Origin: Kerstersia sp.
GTDB lineage: Bacteria > Pseudomonadota > Gammaproteobacteria > Burkholderiales > Burkholderiaceae_B
Direction: 5' to 3'
Length of the DNA: 64,000 nt
Assembly (NCBI RefSeq): GCF_052103615.1
Contig: NZ_JBQEKA010000005.1
Span: 11,357-75,356, forward strand
Both the position numbers and the translations under genes were made by a program. Positions 60,515-64,000 of the stretch are shown here, piece by piece (the stretch's first letter is position 1; every line of letters begins with the position of its first letter). Under the pieces are notes generated by a model that worked only from the letters and a program-made list of their open reading frames with translations, was not told the DNA's origin and searched no databases.

Positions 60515-60568
60515 GCGCCACGTGGACCACTAAAAAGCGCCACTTCAGGCTTTCTTCGTGGTACCACT
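60515..60568. promoter_or_regulatory. Putative MocR operator repeats
   Basis: GTGGACCAC (60522-60530) and GTGGTACCAC (60558-60567), plus repeated GCGCCAC, in the divergent spacer. Confidence 0.45.
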
Positions 60569-60624
60569 TGGCATGATTCTTGCTAGGGTTTTCCCTGTCA
60601 CCCTGATTTTTCGACGTCGCTATC

Positions 60625-62136
60625 GTGCTGCTATCCGACTACCTGCTGCAGTACCTGGATTACGACAAACTGTCGCCGCGAGGTCCGCTTAACCGGCAGA
60701 TCTACGATCTGCTGCGCCAAGCCATCCTGAAAGGCATGTGGCCGCCCGATATGCGCATGCCCTCCACGCGCGCGCTGGCCGACGAACTCAAGCTATCGCG
60801 CAATACCGTGCTGCATGCTTTTGAGCAGTTGCTGGCCGAGGGCTACCTGATCAGCCGGCCCGGCAGCGGCACCTACCTGTCCGATACACTGCCCGGCCAT
60901 GTGCCCGACCGCCTGCTGGTCGCAGGCGAAGTTCAGCCCGCGCCCGACCCAGGCTTATCCCGGCGCGGTTTGCTGGTGCTGAAAGATGCCGCCATTGTGG
61001 AAAGCCCCTCCGGCGCCTTCGCGCTGGGCGTCTCGGATACCGACCACTTTCCCCATGCGGCCTGGGCCAGGATGATCGGCCGCCACTGGCGCTATTGCCG
61101 CCGCGAACGCCTGAACTATGCCCACCATGGCGGTTATTACCCTTTGCGGCAGGCCGTGGCCGAACACTTGCGGCTGTCACGCTCGGTCAATTGCACGCCT
61201 GAGCAGGTCATCATCACCACCAGCATCCAGCAGTCCATTGCGCTGGTCAGCCAGATGCTGGCCGATACCGGCGACCGCGTCTGGGTCGAAGAACCTGGCT
61301 ACCGCCCCGCGCGCAGCCTGTTGCAGGCCCAGGGATTGGAGCTAGTCCCGGTTCCGGTGGACGCCGAAGGGCTGACCTTGCAAGGCGAGCTGATGCTGCA
61401 CCCGCCGCGCCTGATCTACGTCACGCCTTCGCACCAGTTTCCGCTGGGCATGGTGATGAGCCTGGCGCGCCGCCGCCGGCTGCTGGAGTATGTGCGCCAG
61501 CATGACGCCTGGGTGCTGGAGGACGACTACGACAGCGAATTCCGCTTTGAAGGCCGGGTGCTGGCCTCGCTGCAAGGCCTTGATGAGCATGGCCGGGTGA
61601 TCTACATGGGGTCGCTGTCCAAAACACTGTTCCCCGGCATACGCACCGGCTATGTGGTCTTGCCCGAAGCCATTGCCGCCCAGTGCGCCGACGGCTATGC
61701 CGAACTGTTCCGTGACGGGCAACTGGTGCAGCAGGCCGCCCTGGCGGAATTCATTTCCCAGGGCATGTATGCCGCTCACATCCGCCGCATGCGCCAGCTC
61801 TATGCGCGCAAGCAGACCCTGCTGCGCGCCGCCATCGCCAAACGGCTGGGCAGCGGCTGGCCGGTATCGGCCCACGAGGCCGGTCTGCATCTGGTGCTGC
61901 ACCTGCCGCCAGACAGCCCGCCAGACACCGATCAGGACATCGTCCTGCTGGCGCGGCGCCAGGGGCTGGTCGCCCGCGCCCTGTCCTCGCACTACGCGGG
62001 CAGTTCAATCCCCAGCCAGGGCCTGCTGCTGGGCTATGCGGGCGTGCAGGAAAACCAGATCGTGCCCGCCTTCGAGCGGCTGGCGCAAATCATCGAACAG
62101 GCGCTCTCGGCCCGGCGGGAAACGGCACCGGCCTGA
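60625..62136 (+). CDS. MocR/GabR family PLP-dependent regulator
   Basis: wHTH STRALADELKLSRNTV; YVTPSHQFPLG, EDDYDSEF, GSLSKTLFPGIR. Confidence 0.95.
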   Translation: MLLSDYLLQYLDYDKLSPRGPLNRQIYDLLRQAILKGMWPPDMRMPSTRALADELKLSRNTVLHAFEQLLAEGYLISRPGSGTYLSDTLPGHVPDRLLVAGEVQPAPDPGLSRRGLLVLKDAAIVESPSGAFALGVSDTDHFPHAAWARMIGRHWRYCRRERLNYAHHGGYYPLRQAVAEHLRLSRSVNCTPEQVIITTSIQQSIALVSQMLADTGDRVWVEEPGYRPARSLLQAQGLELVPVPVDAEGLTLQGELMLHPPRLIYVTPSHQFPLGMVMSLARRRRLLEYVRQHDAWVLEDDYDSEFRFEGRVLASLQGLDEHGRVIYMGSLSKTLFPGIRTGYVVLPEAIAAQCADGYAELFRDGQLVQQAALAEFISQGMYAAHIRRMRQLYARKQTLLRAAIAKRLGSGWPVSAHEAGLHLVLHLPPDSPPDTDQDIVLLARRQGLVARALSSHYAGSSIPSQGLLLGYAGVQENQIVPAFERLAQIIEQALSARRETAPA

Positions 62137-62220
62137 TATGGCCGCCTGGGTGACAACCCAGCGGCAAGCAAGCGTGCCGCCCTGGCTGCCGTCCAGGCGG
62201 CCGCCAGGATTCCTGCCTCT

Positions 62221-63102
62221 TCAGGCAGCCTGAATCATGGCCGCGAACTCGCGGAACAATGGCTGCGCCGGGTCGCACCAGCGGTCTATCATGTCGAAGT
62301 GGTGGCCATCCGGCTGCGGCACGACCGTCACCGCCACACCGCGCTCCTGGCATGCCTGGGCATAGGTCTCCTGCTGCCGCTGGAACTCAGGCGATTCATC
62401 TCCGCCCACCGACAAAATCAGCGGCAGCCCCGTCTGCGGCAAGCGGTACAGCGGACTATTGCGGTGCGCCTGCGCCACGTCCAGCCCCACCACCGCATTG
62501 AGAAAGCAGCGCCGGATAGGCTCCAGCTCATAAATGCCGCTCAGCGCGCAACCGCCACGCACGATATCCTCGCGCACACCCAGCGCGGCCCAATCCGTCG
62601 CCATCAAGGTGGCTACCAGATGGCCGCCCGCCGAACTGCCGGCAATATAGATCCGGTCGCGCGCGATGCCCAAAGCCTGCGCCTGCCCATCCAGCCAGGC
62701 CACGCTGGCGCGCAGATCATCAACGATGTGATCCATATTCACGGCAGGCGCCAAGCGGTAATTCACCAGGGCGACATGGCAACCCAGCGCCTGATAGGCC
62801 GCCGCGGTATAGCCGAAGGCCGATTTATCCTGGGAACGCCAGTAGCCGCCATGAATAAACACCACCACCGGCGCCAGCGCCGCGCCGCAAGAAAAGAAGT
62901 CGATTTCCTGTAGCGCAAACGCCCCGTAGCGCAGCACCTGCAAACGCCCTTCGCGGCGCGCCTGGCTGCGTGCCGCCTCGCTATCCGCATCCCAGCGCGC
63001 GAAGATTTCCTTGTAGCCGGGAATCATCCCCAGAATGTTGTACTGCACATCCAGCGCGGCCTGATCGTAAGTCCCGTAAACGGGATGGTTAGCTCGTTCC
63101 AA
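62221..63102 (-). CDS. Arylformamidase/kynurenine formamidase-like alpha/beta hydrolase
   Basis: TTG start after an AGGGG SD; FIHGGYWR, GSSAGGHL, SGIYELEP, HHF. Confidence 0.82.
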   Translation of the reverse strand: MERANHPVYGTYDQAALDVQYNILGMIPGYKEIFARWDADSEAARSQARREGRLQVLRYGAFALQEIDFFSCGAALAPVVVFIHGGYWRSQDKSAFGYTAAAYQALGCHVALVNYRLAPAVNMDHIVDDLRASVAWLDGQAQALGIARDRIYIAGSSAGGHLVATLMATDWAALGVREDIVRGGCALSGIYELEPIRRCFLNAVVGLDVAQAHRNSPLYRLPQTGLPLILSVGGDESPEFQRQQETYAQACQERGVAVTVVPQPDGHHFDMIDRWCDPAQPLFREFAAMIQAA

Positions 63103-63350
63103 GATCTTTCCCCTGCAAGCAATAAAAAAACGCCAGCCTCCGGTCAGGCCGGACGGCATGCGGCCCGCGGGCGGCAGCGCCTCTGGCTGCTGCGCGCCCT
63201 CGCAGCTATCTTGCGCGTGCTGTCCGCCATCATCTATCGCATAGACGCCATTCACTCTCTGTTTCACGCCATCCGGTCCATGCCATCACGCCCGCCCCGC
63301 CGCCCGGCCCATGACTGCGCCGCCTGCCGCCGCCAGCCCCGCTGAGATGG

Positions 63351-64000
63351 TTACGGCTGCGCGCCACCGGCCCGGCATGCGGCATACGCCGACGGGCTCA
63401 CCCCGACTTGCCGCAAAAACATGGCGCCAAAAGCACTGGCCGAGGCATAACCCAAATCCAAGGCCACTGCGCCTACTGTCCGGCCAGCCGCCAAACGCTC
63501 CAGCGCCGCCAGCAATAGCAATTGCTGCCGCCAGGCGCGGTAGCTCAGCCCGGTTTCACGCGGGAAAAGACGCGTCAGCGTCCGCTGGCTGATGCCAGCC
63601 AGGCCGGTCCAGTGCGACATCGGCAAACGGCTGCCGGGATCTCGCAGCAGGGTTTCACACACCCGGCGCAAACGTCTGTCCACCGGCATGGGCAAGCGCA
63701 AGGCCAAGGCCGGTTGGCGCTGAATATCATGGACGGTCAGCGCGCTCAGCAAAGCGGCACGCCCCTCATCCGGCGGCGCCTGTGCCATATCCAGCACCGC
63801 GGCAGTCAACTCGCGCAACAATGGCGGCACCGCCAGCAGGCGGCAGGCAGGCAGCGCGGCCTGCCCCCATAATTCCGGGGCGATATACAGGCTGCGCACC
63901 CGCGCCGGGCCGAAATACCGGTTGTCATGCGTCAGCCCGGCAGGCATCAGCAAAGCATGGTGCTGCGGCACCAGCCATTGCTCCTTGCCCACCCTGACCG
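63351..64000 (-). CDS. AraC family regulator (5' end beyond the window)
   Basis: Cupin N-terminal part, SQRTLTRLF, LDLGYASASAF. Confidence 0.9.
   Translation of the reverse strand, partial: VRVGKEQWLVPQHHALLMPAGLTHDNRYFGPARVRSLYIAPELWGQAALPACRLLAVPPLLRELTAAVLDMAQAPPDEGRAALLSALTVHDIQRQPALALRLPMPVDRRLRRVCETLLRDPGSRLPMSHWTGLAGISQRTLTRLFPRETGLSYRAWRQQLLLLAALERLAAGRTVGAVALDLGYASASAFGAMFLRQVGVSPSAYAACRAGGAQP

Overview
GC-rich betaproteobacterial chromosome segment. The gene order (ssb/uvrA, dgt-aroB-aroK, mrcA, cyaY/lptM-lysA, yihA-hemB) resembles Burkholderiales, probably Alcaligenaceae (inference). Housekeeping genes are interleaved with accessory blocks: (i) a LysR-controlled TRAP + IorA operon at the left edge; (ii) a split, order-inverted QuiC-like 3-dehydroshikimate dehydratase pair; (iii) an nsrR gene divergent from two clear NsrR boxes that precede a stand-alone PAS protein and a CysJ/NOS-reductase-like diflavin reductase; (iv) an AT-rich, toxin-less array of immunity-like genes at about 26.4-31.1 kb, with Imm40, DUF2247 and DUF6984-like ORFs, a stand-alone EF-Tu domain III-like ORF, two nonsense pseudogenes, relic fragments and an IS3 scar; (v) a vanillate-type aromatic cluster (vanA-GntR-vanB plus ABC transporter); (vi) a Fur-boxed ECF sigma/FecR/HasR-like heme receptor operon in which the usual hemophore slot holds two paralogous secreted GloVer-repeat beta-propeller proteins with GlyGly-CTERM anchors; (vii) a MocR-controlled peptide-type ABC/GhrA/esterase/PaiB operon. 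The best candidates for undescribed systems are (vi), (iii) and (iv). All family calls come from motif recognition by eye; no database search was run.
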